Assembly: GCA_015059805.1 (NCBI GenBank) | Contig: SUZO01000005.1 | Location: 12,285 to 76,284 of the forward strand | Length of the DNA stretch: 64,000 nucleotides | Direction of reading: 5' to 3' | From: Rikenellaceae bacterium | Lineage (GTDB): Bacteria > Bacteroidota > Bacteroidia > Bacteroidales > Rikenellaceae | In this document: one piece after another, positions 1 through 9,881 of the stretch | Layout of the letters: every line of letters begins with the position of its first letter | Position numbering within the stretch: position 1 is the stretch's first letter | Program-made: the position numbers and the translations under genes | The notes under the pieces: generated by a model | What the model saw: the letters and a program-made list of their open reading frames with translations, nothing else | Told to the model about the DNA's origin: nothing | The model's database searches: none

Positions 1-622
1 CCTCAAGGCTAATCTCGCCATCAATATCAAGAGCTGTTGTCAGCGCGCGAAGCATTGGCAGTGGACCGCATGAGTAGAAGTAATCTGCTGTAATTCCCGA
101 CTCCTTAATAGCGTCAGTAACAAAACCCTTAACGCCATAGCTACCATCTGCAGTCGCCACAATAACCTTTGCACCTAAAGCCTCAAACTGCTCGCGGTAG
201 AAAATCTCCGCCGCGGTGTTAAAGCCCAGAACGACAGTCACTTGCTTGCCCTTTGCAATAAGGTTACGCGCAAGACGATAGAGCGGTGGAACACCTACGC
301 CACCACCTACAAGCAGTGGGGTATTACACTGAGCCTCATCATTAAAGCCGTTGCCAAGCCCTGTCAGAGCATCTATTTTTGTACCTACAGCAAGATTTGC
401 CATCTGAGCAGTACCCTTGCCTACAACCTTGTAGATAAGAGTCAGCTTGCCCTCATCATAGTTGCATACAGAGATAGGGCGGCGCAGAAATAGACCCTCC
501 AAAGAGAGCTCAACGAATTGTCCTGGGCGGGTTATGGCCGAAGTATCACCCGACAGTACCATCTCATATACAGAGTCGGTCAGTGCACGATTGCTTACTA
601 TTTCAAAAACAACCTCTTTCAT
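1..622 (-). CDS. pyrK: Dihydroorotate dehydrogenase electron transfer subunit (3' end outside window)
   Basis: Not in the ORF track. Manual translation from CAT at 620-622 gives MKEVVFEIVSNRALTDSVYEMVLSGDTSAITRPGQFVELSLEGLFLRRPISVC..., with the FAD-binding RRPIS motif; directly follows carB. Confidence 0.9.
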   Translation of the reverse strand, partial: MKEVVFEIVSNRALTDSVYEMVLSGDTSAITRPGQFVELSLEGLFLRRPISVCNYDEGKLTLIYKVVGKGTAQMANLAVGTKIDALTGLGNGFNDEAQCNTPLLVGGGVGVPPLYRLARNLIAKGKQVTVVLGFNTAAEIFYREQFEALGAKVIVATADGSYGVKGFVTDAIKESGITADYFYSCGPLPMLRALTTALDIDGEISLE

Positions 623-623
623 A

Positions 624-3600
624 CTAATTGTCGTAGTCTGCGTCAATAGTTGATACACCAAGAGTAATCTCCTCAAGTACCTGAAGCAGTACGCTTACTG
701 TCTCAAGTGATGTGAAGATAGTAACATTGTTCTCTACAGCGGCACGGCGAATCTCGTATCCATCAAGGCGTGCACTGTGCTGGTTAAGGTCAATGGTGTT
801 GATGATGTAGTTTACGTGACCGCGACACAGTGAGCGATAAATATCGTCGCTACCCTCAATAAGCTTGCTTAGCTTACGGGTGCGAATGCCGTGTGTACGC
901 AAAAAGTCAGCAGTGCCCTTTGTAGCCTCAATATTGAATCCGAGGTTGTAGAAGCGGCGAACAAGTGGCAATGCTCTCTCCTTATCCTTATCGGCAAGGG
1001 TCACAAGCACTGTTCCATAGTTTACCACCTCCATACCAGATGCCTGCAGTGACTTATAAAGTGCGCGGGTCATTGAGTTATCGTATCCGATAGCCTCGCC
1101 AGTAGACTTCATCTCTGGAGAGAGGTATGTGTCAATACCCTTAATCTTTGCAAATGAGAATGCAGGGGTCTTGATGAAGAAGCGCTTGCGCTCACGACCG
1201 TAAACCTCTGTAATTCCCTGCTCCTTAAGGCTATGACCAAGCATTACGCGGGTAGCAATCTTTGCCATAGGGACATTGCAAGACTTAGAGAGGAATGGAA
1301 CGGTACGAGATGAACGAGGATTGACCTCAATAACATAGACCTTGTCCTCGTTGTCTACGATAAACTGGATATTATATAGACCCACAATGCCGATAGCCTT
1401 ACCCAGGCGCACTGTGTAGTCAATCATCTTCTGCTTAACGGCATCGCTAAGGCTGAATGAAGGATATACGCTGATACTATCACCAGAGTGGATACCTGTT
1501 CTCTCAACATGCTCCATAATACCTGGGATAAAGACATCAGTGCCATCGCAAATAGCATCAACCTCAGCCTCCTTACCCATAATATACTTATCAACAAGCA
1601 CTGGAGAGTCCTCGTTAATCTCTACGGCGTTATGCAGATAGTGGCGCAGAGCTTGCTCGTTACCTACAATCTGCATTGCACGACCACCAAGCACGAAGCT
1701 TGGACGCACAAGCACTGGATAACCAATAGCCTCAGCAGCAGCAACACCATCCTCAATCTCAGTAACCGCCTTTGCCTGTGGCTGTGGAATGCCTACCTCG
1801 CGCATAATAGCCTCAAAGAGCTTACGGTCCTCAGCCTTATCAATAGCCTCAAGGTCAGTACCGATAATCTTTACGCCCATCTGCACAAGTGGCTTGGCAA
1901 GGTTAATAGCTGTCTGACCGCCGAGGGTAACGATAACGCCCTCTGGATTCTCGTGGTGGATAATATTCATAACATTCTCCACAGTCAGCGGCTCAAAGTA
2001 GAGCTTATCAGAGATTGTATAGTCTGTCGAAACGGTCTCAGGGTTGTTATTGATAATAATAGCCTCATAGCCAGCCTCGCGGATTGCCCAGATAGCGTGC
2101 ACAGTAGAGTAGTCAAACTCTACACCCTGACCGATACGGATTGGTCCAGAGCCCAGAACGATAATCTTCTTGCGGTCTGATACTACAGACTCATTCTCGC
2201 TCTCGTATGTAGAGTAGAAGTATGGGATATAACGGTCAAACTCGCCAGAGCAAGAGTCAATAATCTTGAATACAGGCTTAATATCCATACTCTCACGCAA
2301 TTCAAAGACCTCATTCTCAGTCATACCCCACAGCTGACCGATATACTTATCGCCAAAGCCAAGACGCTTTGCCTCAAGAAGCGTAGTGCGGTCGCCCTTA
2401 TTCTGAGCAACCTTACGCTCCATGCGCACAATATTCTTGAACTTCTCAAGGAAGAGCATATCAATCTTTGTGCGGTCATAAATCAGCGAGCGGTCAATGC
2501 CTCGGCGCAGAAGCTCTGCAATAGCATAGATACGGTCGTCAGTGCCGCGAGTAATATAAGATAGCATATCTGCTGTCTCCATATTGTCAAACTTCTTGTT
2601 GTGGATATGGCACACACCTGTCTCAAGTGAGCGAATAGCCTTCAGAAGACTCTCCTCAATAGTTCTGCCGATACTCATTGCCTCGCCAGTAGCCTTCATC
2701 TGTGTGCCAAGCTCGTTGCTCGCCTCACTGAACTTGTCAAATGGGAAGCGTGCAACCTTCGTAACGATATAGTCAATAGCTGGCTCGCAGCATGCAGGCA
2801 TACCCTCAATAAGAATCTCGTCAAGGGTCATACCCACAGCGACCTTTGCAGTCACGCGAGCGATAGGGAAGCCACTCGCCTTAGATGCAAGGGCAGATGA
2901 ACGAGATACGCGAGGATTAACCTCAATAATATAGTACTTGAATGATAGCGGGTCAAGGGCAAACTGAACGTTGCAACCGCCCTCAATCTTGAGTGCGCGG
3001 ATAAGCTTGAGTGCGCTGTCGCGTAGCATCTGGAACTCCTTATTTGAGAGCGTCTGCGCTGGTGCAACAACAATACTATCGCCAGTATGGATACCCACAG
3101 GGTCTACATTCTCCATGCTACAGATAGCAATGGCAGTATCGTTCTTGTCACGCATAACCTCAAATTCAATCTCCTTATATCCCTTGATACTCTTCTCTAC
3201 AAGTACCTGATGCACTGGAGATACAGCAAGAGCATTACGCATAAGCTCACGAAGCTGCTGCTCGTTATCAGCAAAACCGCCGCCAGAGCCACCAAGTGTA
3301 AACGCAGGGCGGAGAACTACTGGATAGCTAATCTTCTTAGCAACCTCAACAGCCTCCTCAACAGAGTAGACAATCTCAGATGGAATTACTGGCTCGCCGA
3401 GCTTAATACAGAGCTCCTTAAACAGCTCGCGGTCCTCAGCCTGCTCAATACTCTGAAACGATGTACCCAGAATCTCTACCTGGCACTCCTCAAGGATACC
3501 CTTCTTTGCAAGCTGTACGGCAAGGTTCAATCCAGTCTGACCACCAAGACCAGGAACAATAGCATCTGGACGCTCATAGCGGATAATCTTTGCTACATAC

Positions 3601-3815
3601 TCAAGTTTGAGCGGCTCCATATAGACCTTATCGGCGATAAATGTGTCGGTCATAATAGTTGCAGGGTTAGAGTTTACGAGGATAACCTCATAACCCTCCT
3701 CCTTAAGTGCAAGGCACGCCTGTGTACCTGCATAGTCAAACTCAGCCGCCTGACCAATAACAATCGGGCCAGAGCCGATAACCATCACCTTCTTTATATC
3801 TGTTCTTTTAGGCAT
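624..3815 (-). CDS. carB: Carbamoyl-phosphate synthase large subunit
   Basis: 1063 aa; GSGPIVIGQAAEFDY, duplicated ATP-grasp domains (IEVNPR twice), C-terminal MGS domain. Confidence 0.98.
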   Translation of the reverse strand: MPKRTDIKKVMVIGSGPIVIGQAAEFDYAGTQACLALKEEGYEVILVNSNPATIMTDTFIADKVYMEPLKLEYVAKIIRYERPDAIVPGLGGQTGLNLAVQLAKKGILEECQVEILGTSFQSIEQAEDRELFKELCIKLGEPVIPSEIVYSVEEAVEVAKKISYPVVLRPAFTLGGSGGGFADNEQQLRELMRNALAVSPVHQVLVEKSIKGYKEIEFEVMRDKNDTAIAICSMENVDPVGIHTGDSIVVAPAQTLSNKEFQMLRDSALKLIRALKIEGGCNVQFALDPLSFKYYIIEVNPRVSRSSALASKASGFPIARVTAKVAVGMTLDEILIEGMPACCEPAIDYIVTKVARFPFDKFSEASNELGTQMKATGEAMSIGRTIEESLLKAIRSLETGVCHIHNKKFDNMETADMLSYITRGTDDRIYAIAELLRRGIDRSLIYDRTKIDMLFLEKFKNIVRMERKVAQNKGDRTTLLEAKRLGFGDKYIGQLWGMTENEVFELRESMDIKPVFKIIDSCSGEFDRYIPYFYSTYESENESVVSDRKKIIVLGSGPIRIGQGVEFDYSTVHAIWAIREAGYEAIIINNNPETVSTDYTISDKLYFEPLTVENVMNIIHHENPEGVIVTLGGQTAINLAKPLVQMGVKIIGTDLEAIDKAEDRKLFEAIMREVGIPQPQAKAVTEIEDGVAAAEAIGYPVLVRPSFVLGGRAMQIVGNEQALRHYLHNAVEINEDSPVLVDKYIMGKEAEVDAICDGTDVFIPGIMEHVERTGIHSGDSISVYPSFSLSDAVKQKMIDYTVRLGKAIGIVGLYNIQFIVDNEDKVYVIEVNPRSSRTVPFLSKSCNVPMAKIATRVMLGHSLKEQGITEVYGRERKRFFIKTPAFSFAKIKGIDTYLSPEMKSTGEAIGYDNSMTRALYKSLQASGMEVVNYGTVLVTLADKDKERALPLVRRFYNLGFNIEATKGTADFLRTHGIRTRKLSKLIEGSDDIYRSLCRGHVNYIINTIDLNQHSARLDGYEIRRAAVENNVTIFTSLETVSVLLQVLEEITLGVSTIDADYDN

Positions 3816-4899
3816 TGCTACTTCCCTCCATCAGTTTAATGAATTTATCAAAGAGATAGGTGCTATCATTTGCCCCTGGAGCACCCTCAGGGTGATATTG
3901 TACAGAGAAGAGCTTATCCTTACGGCACTCTACACCAGCAACCATATTGTCAAGAACACCGCTGTGGCTAACCTCAAGACCAGTACCCTCAAGGCTCTCT
4001 CTGTTTACTACATACTCAAGGCTCATGCCTGTAGTCTCAATGCGATTTGTTATTGTATTGCGCACTGGGCGGCTTACGCTACGGTTACCATTCTGCTGAC
4101 GCTCACACTTTGCTCCGTATGCAAGAGCTATAAGCAGATGACCGAGGCTAATACCCATAATTGGCAGAGTACCCTTAAGCTCCTTTATAAGCTCTACAAC
4201 CTCTGGCACGCAATATGGCGAACCAGGACCGTTTGAAATCAGTATACCGTGTGGATTAAATGCGCGAATCTCCTCAACAGGTGTGTTGTAAGGGACAATA
4301 ATCACATTACATCCACGGCAATTCAGCTCCTCAATAATTGTACGTTTAACACCGCAGTCTACAACTACAACGTCGTACTTATGGTTTGGTGTACGAGAGT
4401 ACCAACGCTTGCGGCAGCTAACCTTTGCTACTACATTGCTCTGCTCTGGAGTATTCTCAATAAGCGCAAGGGCATCCTCAACGCTTGTCTGAGCGTCAAC
4501 AATAGCGGCACGCATAACACCCTTATCGCGCAAGATTAGAGTCAAGGCGCGAGTATCAATACCATAGATGCCAGGGATTGAGTTCTCCTCCATAATTTCA
4601 TCAATGGTCTTGGTAAAGCGGAAGTTGCTCGGAGTTGTGCAATACTCGCGCACCACAAGCGCACCAAGAGCCAACTGTTTAGACTCAAAGTCCTCATCTG
4701 CGATACCATAGTTACCAATTACAGGATAGGTCATAACAACCATCTGATCGGCATATCCAGGATCTGAAAGAATCTCCTGATAACCGACTACAGAGGTGTT
4801 GAAAACGATGTTGCAGACAGCTGTACGATTGGCACCGAAGCCATAGCCATAGAACTGCTCACCGCTCTGCAATACTAATTTTTTGTCGGGTTGTGTCAT
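3808..4899 (-). CDS. carA: Carbamoyl-phosphate synthase small subunit with catalytic Cys replaced by Ser
   Basis: GYQEILSDP, YPVIGNYG, SNGPGSP and SVQYHPE motifs; nucleophile elbow reads GISLGHL instead of GICLGHQ. Confidence 0.95.
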   Translation of the reverse strand: MTQPDKKLVLQSGEQFYGYGFGANRTAVCNIVFNTSVVGYQEILSDPGYADQMVVMTYPVIGNYGIADEDFESKQLALGALVVREYCTTPSNFRFTKTIDEIMEENSIPGIYGIDTRALTLILRDKGVMRAAIVDAQTSVEDALALIENTPEQSNVVAKVSCRKRWYSRTPNHKYDVVVVDCGVKRTIIEELNCRGCNVIIVPYNTPVEEIRAFNPHGILISNGPGSPYCVPEVVELIKELKGTLPIMGISLGHLLIALAYGAKCERQQNGNRSVSRPVRNTITNRIETTGMSLEYVVNRESLEGTGLEVSHSGVLDNMVAGVECRKDKLFSVQYHPEGAPGANDSTYLFDKFIKLMEGSSNA

Positions 4900-4923
4900 T
4901 GTATATTATGATTGTTTAATTTC

Positions 4924-6195
4924 TTACGCTTTCCAAACTACGTTGCCTTTATAGAGTGTTAGCACACACTGCCCATAGAGCTCCCAGCCCTCAAATGGGG
5001 TAGCCTTACCCATAGATAGGAAGTTTTCTGGACTAACAACAAATGGGGTAGTGATGTCAAAAATCGCTATATCAGCACTCTCGCCCTGCTTGAGCGCTCC
5101 GCCCAAGTTGAATATACGGCGAGGATTCTCACTCATCAGCTCAATAGTCTTCTCAATGGTGATAATTCCCTCACGAACAAGCTTTGTATATATAACCGCA
5201 AAGCTTGTCTCAAGACCTACAACGCCCATAGCACTACCAGCAAGCCCCTTGCCCTTCTGCTCAGCCGTATGAGGGGCATGGTCTGTTGCAATAACCTCAA
5301 TAGTACCATCCTTAATACCCTCTATAAGCGCGGCACGGTCAGCAGCTGAGCGAATTGGTGGATTCATCTTAAATCGTCCACTCTCCTCAATATCCATATC
5401 GGTCATAGTAAGGTAATGTGGACCTGTCTCGCCCGTCATAGGTAGTCCGCGACGCTTTGCCTTACGCAGAGCCTCCACACTACCTGCAGCAGACATGTGG
5501 CAGATGTGATAACGACAGCCACTCTGCTCAACAAGCTCCGTATCGCGTGCTATTGGTCCCCATTCACTCTGAGAGCAGATGCCCTTGTGGTTATGCACGG
5601 CAGCGTACTCTCCATCGTGGATATATCCACCAAAAAGTAGGCGCTCATCCTCACAATGTGCTGCAATAATACCTCCCGCAGCAGCTATGCGCTTCATGGC
5701 GGCAAGCATAGTCTTTTCATCCTGCACACCTGTGCCGTCATCAGAGAAACCTACGCAGTGTGGCATAAGCGACTCAACATCCACAACTTCGCTACCACTA
5801 CGACTCTTAGTAATAGTTGCAAAAGGTCGCACATCAATAAGCGCTGTACGGTCAATAATATCTTGTTGAATGGCAATATTCTCCACACTATCTGGTGCAG
5901 GGTTGAGATTTGGCATTGAACAAACGGTGGTAAAACCGCCATGAGCAGCGGCGGCAGTACCAGTTGCAATAGTCTCCTTCTCCGAGAAGCCTGGTTCACG
6001 AAGATGCACATGTACATCGGCAAGTCCGTAGCTTACAATAGAGCCTGAAGCATCAAAAATTTCCGTATGTTCATCCGCCTCAATATTATCAGCAATACGG
6101 ACAATAATACCATTCTCAACAAGGATGTCAGTAACAGTAGATGTGCCATTACACACCACCGTTCCGTTCTTTATCAGCAATTTACCGCACTCCAT
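4924..6195 (-). CDS. pyrC: Dihydroorotase
   Basis: DVHVHLREPG, MPN, KMNPP and ATDHAPH motifs; first gene of the pyr cluster. Confidence 0.95.
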   Translation of the reverse strand: MECGKLLIKNGTVVCNGTSTVTDILVENGIIVRIADNIEADEHTEIFDASGSIVSYGLADVHVHLREPGFSEKETIATGTAAAAHGGFTTVCSMPNLNPAPDSVENIAIQQDIIDRTALIDVRPFATITKSRSGSEVVDVESLMPHCVGFSDDGTGVQDEKTMLAAMKRIAAAGGIIAAHCEDERLLFGGYIHDGEYAAVHNHKGICSQSEWGPIARDTELVEQSGCRYHICHMSAAGSVEALRKAKRRGLPMTGETGPHYLTMTDMDIEESGRFKMNPPIRSAADRAALIEGIKDGTIEVIATDHAPHTAEQKGKGLAGSAMGVVGLETSFAVIYTKLVREGIITIEKTIELMSENPRRIFNLGGALKQGESADIAIFDITTPFVVSPENFLSMGKATPFEGWELYGQCVLTLYKGNVVWKA

Positions 6196-6207
6196 ATCCT
6201 ATACTAT

Positions 6208-6236
6208 AAAAAACAGGCGACCCACAAGGTCGCCTG
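6208..6236 (-). terminator. Intrinsic terminator (attenuator) in the pyrC leader
   Basis: Minus strand CAGGCGACC-TTGTG-GGTCGCCTG followed by T6, 12 nt before the pyrC ATG and downstream of a promoter. Confidence 0.75.
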
Positions 6237-6346
6237 ATAAGTAGACAATAATTCTAAAACAGAGAGACATGCACCCCAATTTTGAGGCTGTAGCACGGGC
6301 GGTATGTAATTACTAACTCTCACCGTTGAACTCTGTTTATTGGGTG

Positions 6347-6377
6347 CAAAGATAATAAAAGTTATCGAAATTGCAAA
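6347..6377 (-). promoter_or_regulatory. Bacteroidota sigma70 promoter for the pyr leader
   Basis: Minus strand TTTG (-33), 19 nt, then TATCTTTG (-7). Confidence 0.7.
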
Positions 6378-6381
6378 ACTT

Positions 6382-7572
6382 TTAGCGAGGTAAAATTGTA
6401 TATTTTAACTTCGCGTATGCTCTCTCAGCCTTGGCAAGCGCCTTCTCCACACTCTCATCAGTCGCAAGGATAACTCCAAAGCGGCGATGACCCACAACCT
6501 CAGGCTTTCCAAAGAGGCGAATCTGCACACCATCCTCAGCTACTACCTGCTCCAAATTCTCAAATACCACCTTATCGCTATCTCCCTCAACAACTATAGC
6601 CTTAGATGCGCTTGCGCCATAGAAGCGAACAGATGGAATAGGCAGACCTATCACCGCGCGAGCATGAAGAGCGAACTCCGAAAGGTCCTGCGAAATCATA
6701 GTAACCATACCTGTATCGTGTGGACGAGGAGATACCTCGCTAAAGATAACCTCATCACCCTTAATAAACATCTCTACGCCAAAAATGCCGTATCCACCCA
6801 GTGCGCCAGTAATCTTATGTGCAATCTCTTTTGCCTTTGCCTTTGCTATCTCGCTCATAGGCTGTGGCTGCCAAGACTCACGGTAGTCACCATCCACCTG
6901 GTGGTGACCTATAGGCTCAAGGATTGTTGTACCTGCACTGTGACGTACTGTAAGCATAGTAATCTCGTAGTCAAAGTCCACAAAACGCTCTACAATCACA
7001 CGACCAGCACCTGCTCTTCCACCCTCTTGAGCAATCTGCCAAGAGCGGTCAATGTCAGCCTCGCACTTTACAGTACTCTGACCATGACCAGAAGAGCTCA
7101 TGATAGGCTTAACAACGCAAGGAATACCCACCTCAGCAATAGCAGCATCAAACTCCTCACGACTCTCCGCAAAACGGTAGAAAGATGTTGGTAGACCAAG
7201 CTCCTCAGCAGCAAGGCGACGAATACCCTCACGGTTCATTGTTAGCAGCGCTGCCTTAGCGGTTGGAGTGACACTATATCCCTCAGCCTCAAGCTCTACA
7301 AGGGTAGGGGTGGCAATAGCCTCCACCTCTGGGATAATATAGTCAGGCTTCTCCTTCTCAATAACCTCACGAAGAGCCTTGCCATCTAACATTGAGAATA
7401 CATAGCTCTTATTTGCAACCTGCATTGCTGGCGCATTTGCATATCTATCACAAGCTACAACCTCAATACCATATCGCTGCAACTCAATAGTTACCTCCTT
7501 ACCAAGCTCACCAGAGCCACAAAGTAGTGCCTTTTTACCTACCGCCGTCATCGGCGTACCAATCTTTACCAT
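6382..7572 (-). CDS. purT: Formate-dependent phosphoribosylglycinamide formyltransferase
   Basis: [20 protein letters not shown] and [10 protein letters not shown] motifs. Confidence 0.97.
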   Translation of the reverse strand: MVKIGTPMTAVGKKALLCGSGELGKEVTIELQRYGIEVVACDRYANAPAMQVANKSYVFSMLDGKALREVIEKEKPDYIIPEVEAIATPTLVELEAEGYSVTPTAKAALLTMNREGIRRLAAEELGLPTSFYRFAESREEFDAAIAEVGIPCVVKPIMSSSGHGQSTVKCEADIDRSWQIAQEGGRAGAGRVIVERFVDFDYEITMLTVRHSAGTTILEPIGHHQVDGDYRESWQPQPMSEIAKAKAKEIAHKITGALGGYGIFGVEMFIKGDEVIFSEVSPRPHDTGMVTMISQDLSEFALHARAVIGLPIPSVRFYGASASKAIVVEGDSDKVVFENLEQVVAEDGVQIRLFGKPEVVGHRRFGVILATDESVEKALAKAERAYAKLKYTILPR

Positions 7573-7700
7573 AATTTTCTAAGTATGAGTTATATTTTTG
7601 ACAAAGGTAGTAAAAGGATAGATGTTTTGCAAATATGGCATATGAAATGATTATAAAAAGCAGTTGTTCATTGACAAAAAATAAGTATCTTTGCCAGAGT

Positions 7701-8129
7701 ATGGATAAGTTTGTACCACATAGCATAGAGAACGAAGGCTCATTTGAGAGCGAACTTCTCGGAGAGGTTAAGGCGGGATTTCCCTCGCCGGCAGAGGATA
7801 TACGCGAGAAGTTAGACCTTATAAAACTACTTGTAAGACACAAAGCATCTACATTCTTCTTCCGCGTCAGTGGCGTATCTATGGTAGATGCAGCTATGGA
7901 CGAGGGCGATATTATTATCGTAGATAGAGCCATTGACCCCTACAACAACTGTAAGGCTGTCTGCTTTATTGATGGTGAATATACCGTCAAGCGCGTTGAG
8001 ATAAGCGAGCGCAGTCTCCGCCTTATGCCCGCTAACGAGAATAATAGCACCTACAAGCCTATAGAAGTAACCCCAGAGAATAACTTTATCATCTGGGGCG
8101 TTGTAACCTATATAATTAAAAAGATGTAG
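7701..8129 (+). CDS. umuD: UmuD-like S24 peptidase (translesion synthesis accessory subunit)
   Basis: AGFPSPA cleavage site, SM serine and VKR lysine motifs; start placed at ATG 7701, after TATCTTTG at 7686-7693. Confidence 0.92.
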   Translation: MDKFVPHSIENEGSFESELLGEVKAGFPSPAEDIREKLDLIKLLVRHKASTFFFRVSGVSMVDAAMDEGDIIIVDRAIDPYNNCKAVCFIDGEYTVKRVEISERSLRLMPANENNSTYKPIEVTPENNFIIWGVVTYIIKKM

Positions 8130-8131
8130 AG

Positions 8132-8194
8132 ATGTTTGCCCTTGCCGATTGCAATAACCTCTTTGCCTCGTGTGACAGGGAAGAAGCCAAATAA
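8132..8194 (+). pseudogene. Duplicated 5' stub of umuC (MFALADCNNLFASCDREEAK*)
   Basis: 8132-8175 matches 9882-9925 at 41/44 nt and starts 2 nt after the umuD stop. Confidence 0.85.
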
Positions 8195-8234
8195 ATATAA
8201 TGGAGACAAAGTAGCATCTCTGTCTCCATTATAT
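8195..8234. terminator. Hairpin between the umuC stub and the HXXEE gene
   Basis: ATATAATGGAGACA / TGTCTCCATTATAT 14-bp inverted repeat between convergent units. Confidence 0.65.
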
Positions 8235-8252
8235 ATTTACTACAATACTTTT

Positions 8253-8864
8253 TTATGCTTTCAGCCCCTCGCGTTTCATTTTGGGGACAAGGTATGCAAA
8301 GCCATAGATCATCATCGAGGCTTGTGCCAAGATACCGAAGATGATACTGGCGATATTCACCTCTACGGAAACAAGGTTGTTTGAGAGGAAGTACCACACC
8401 ATATATACTCCAAAGGGGATATTTACGAATGTACTTGCAACCAATCCTGGATTATACTTGAATCCGAAAATGAAGAACATCACAACATGAGCCATTGCGT
8501 TCAATGCCGAGAAATAGGCTGTCCAAAGACCCCACTCGATGCCGTAGAAGTGCGAAATGATGCCCGCCAACGGTAACAGAATATAGACCAACGGAATGTT
8601 AATCCAAAACGAGCCAGCCTTGGTTAGTGGGTAATCGCCCAACTTTGAGCCGAGAGGCTTGCGGTTGAAGAAGTCGAGGAAGCCGCCTGGGCATACATAC
8701 TCCTCGAACTCATGAAACCAATAGATAGGCACCTGCATCCAGATAAGGAACAAGGCGTAGTTCTGCTCCTTCACATAGAGCCAAATCAGAATAAACGAAT
8801 AGAGCGCCAAGAAGGGCGTTGCCTTCATCCAGTTGTCATACAACCATTGCATTGTCTTTTTCAT
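8253..8864 (-). CDS. HXXEE-domain membrane protein
   Basis: HEFEE motif, multiple hydrophobic helices, YNPGL motif; start at MKKTMQ. Confidence 0.85.
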   Translation of the reverse strand: MKKTMQWLYDNWMKATPFLALYSFILIWLYVKEQNYALFLIWMQVPIYWFHEFEEYVCPGGFLDFFNRKPLGSKLGDYPLTKAGSFWINIPLVYILLPLAGIISHFYGIEWGLWTAYFSALNAMAHVVMFFIFGFKYNPGLVASTFVNIPFGVYMVWYFLSNNLVSVEVNIASIIFGILAQASMMIYGFAYLVPKMKREGLKA

Positions 8865-9009
8865 ACGATTCGTAGTTTTTGTTACTGCAAAGTTACAGCG
8901 AGAGCCATTAGAGCCAAAGAGTAATAGAACTGATAAATTGAGCAAAATCAACTATTATCCGAAATAATTCGCTATATTTGCCTTTGGTTTTGAGCAAAAT
9001 AGAGTAACT

Positions 9010-9798
9010 ATGTTTTCAAATCTGTGGAATAAGGGAGGTTTTATACTCTGCACCAAAGGTCAGGCAGAACTATCTATCAATGGCGTTAGGTATAATTTTT
9101 CACAAGGGGAGGTGTTGGTCATAACACCGCTTGTATTGGTTGGCGAGGTGAGCGTGTTGGAGGAGTTTGCAGCCCTCTCGTTTGTCGATGATTTAAAGAG
9201 CTACTACGACATCTTCAACCGTATTGCCGACAGCCCGATTCCGTTGATGGTCTATCGTGAGCCGATCTGGAAAATCGAAGTGAACGAGCAACAATATCTT
9301 GCAAAGCAGCACGCCCATCTTGAGCAACTCACTCATTCTATAGCGGAGTCAGCAAGCGAAACATCTCGTTCACTGCTCGATTTTCAAGTGCGACTACTGC
9401 GCCAAGAGGCGATGCTGACGGTGGTAAACAGTCGTATAAGACAGGTTGTGTGGTTGCCTTCCTCGCATAGTCGCGAAGTGGTAGTCTATCGCTTTATTCT
9501 TGCACTGCATAACAACTACCATACCCATCGCTCGGTGGCGTACTACGCAGATTTGACAAACCTCTCAAAGAGCCATTTCTCGGCTATTGTTAAGCAGACT
9601 ACAGGTCAGAGTCCATCTGCGTGGATTGCTACCATCACAACTACCTATGCCAAATTTATGCTCGAAAAGGGTTCAATGAATATTAAGCAGATAGCAGAAC
9701 AACTGAATTTCCCCGAACAATTTACTTTCCGCAAATACTTCAAGCAACATACCGGACTTTCGCCCAAAGCATACCGCGAACAATTTGTGCATAAGTAG
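9010..9798 (+). CDS. AraC-family transcriptional regulator
   Basis: C-terminal double HTH (SVAYYAD...IKQIAEQLNF...FRKYFKQHTGLSPKAYR); divergent from the HXXEE gene. Confidence 0.9.
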   Translation: MFSNLWNKGGFILCTKGQAELSINGVRYNFSQGEVLVITPLVLVGEVSVLEEFAALSFVDDLKSYYDIFNRIADSPIPLMVYREPIWKIEVNEQQYLAKQHAHLEQLTHSIAESASETSRSLLDFQVRLLRQEAMLTVVNSRIRQVVWLPSSHSREVVVYRFILALHNNYHTHRSVAYYADLTNLSKSHFSAIVKQTTGQSPSAWIATITTTYAKFMLEKGSMNIKQIAEQLNFPEQFTFRKYFKQHTGLSPKAYREQFVHK

Positions 9799-9881
9799 AT
9801 ATATATTGTGTAATTATTTGTACCTTTGGAGTGGTATACATCTTGAATGATTCGTATAGCTGAAAAAATTAAAGAACGTAT

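Noticed and set aside
1488-3839. Long antisense ORFs (230 and 250 aa) opposite carB, and similar ones opposite purT and gyrB
   Set aside because: These are shadow frames caused by host codon bias; they are Leu/Asn-rich with no motifs.
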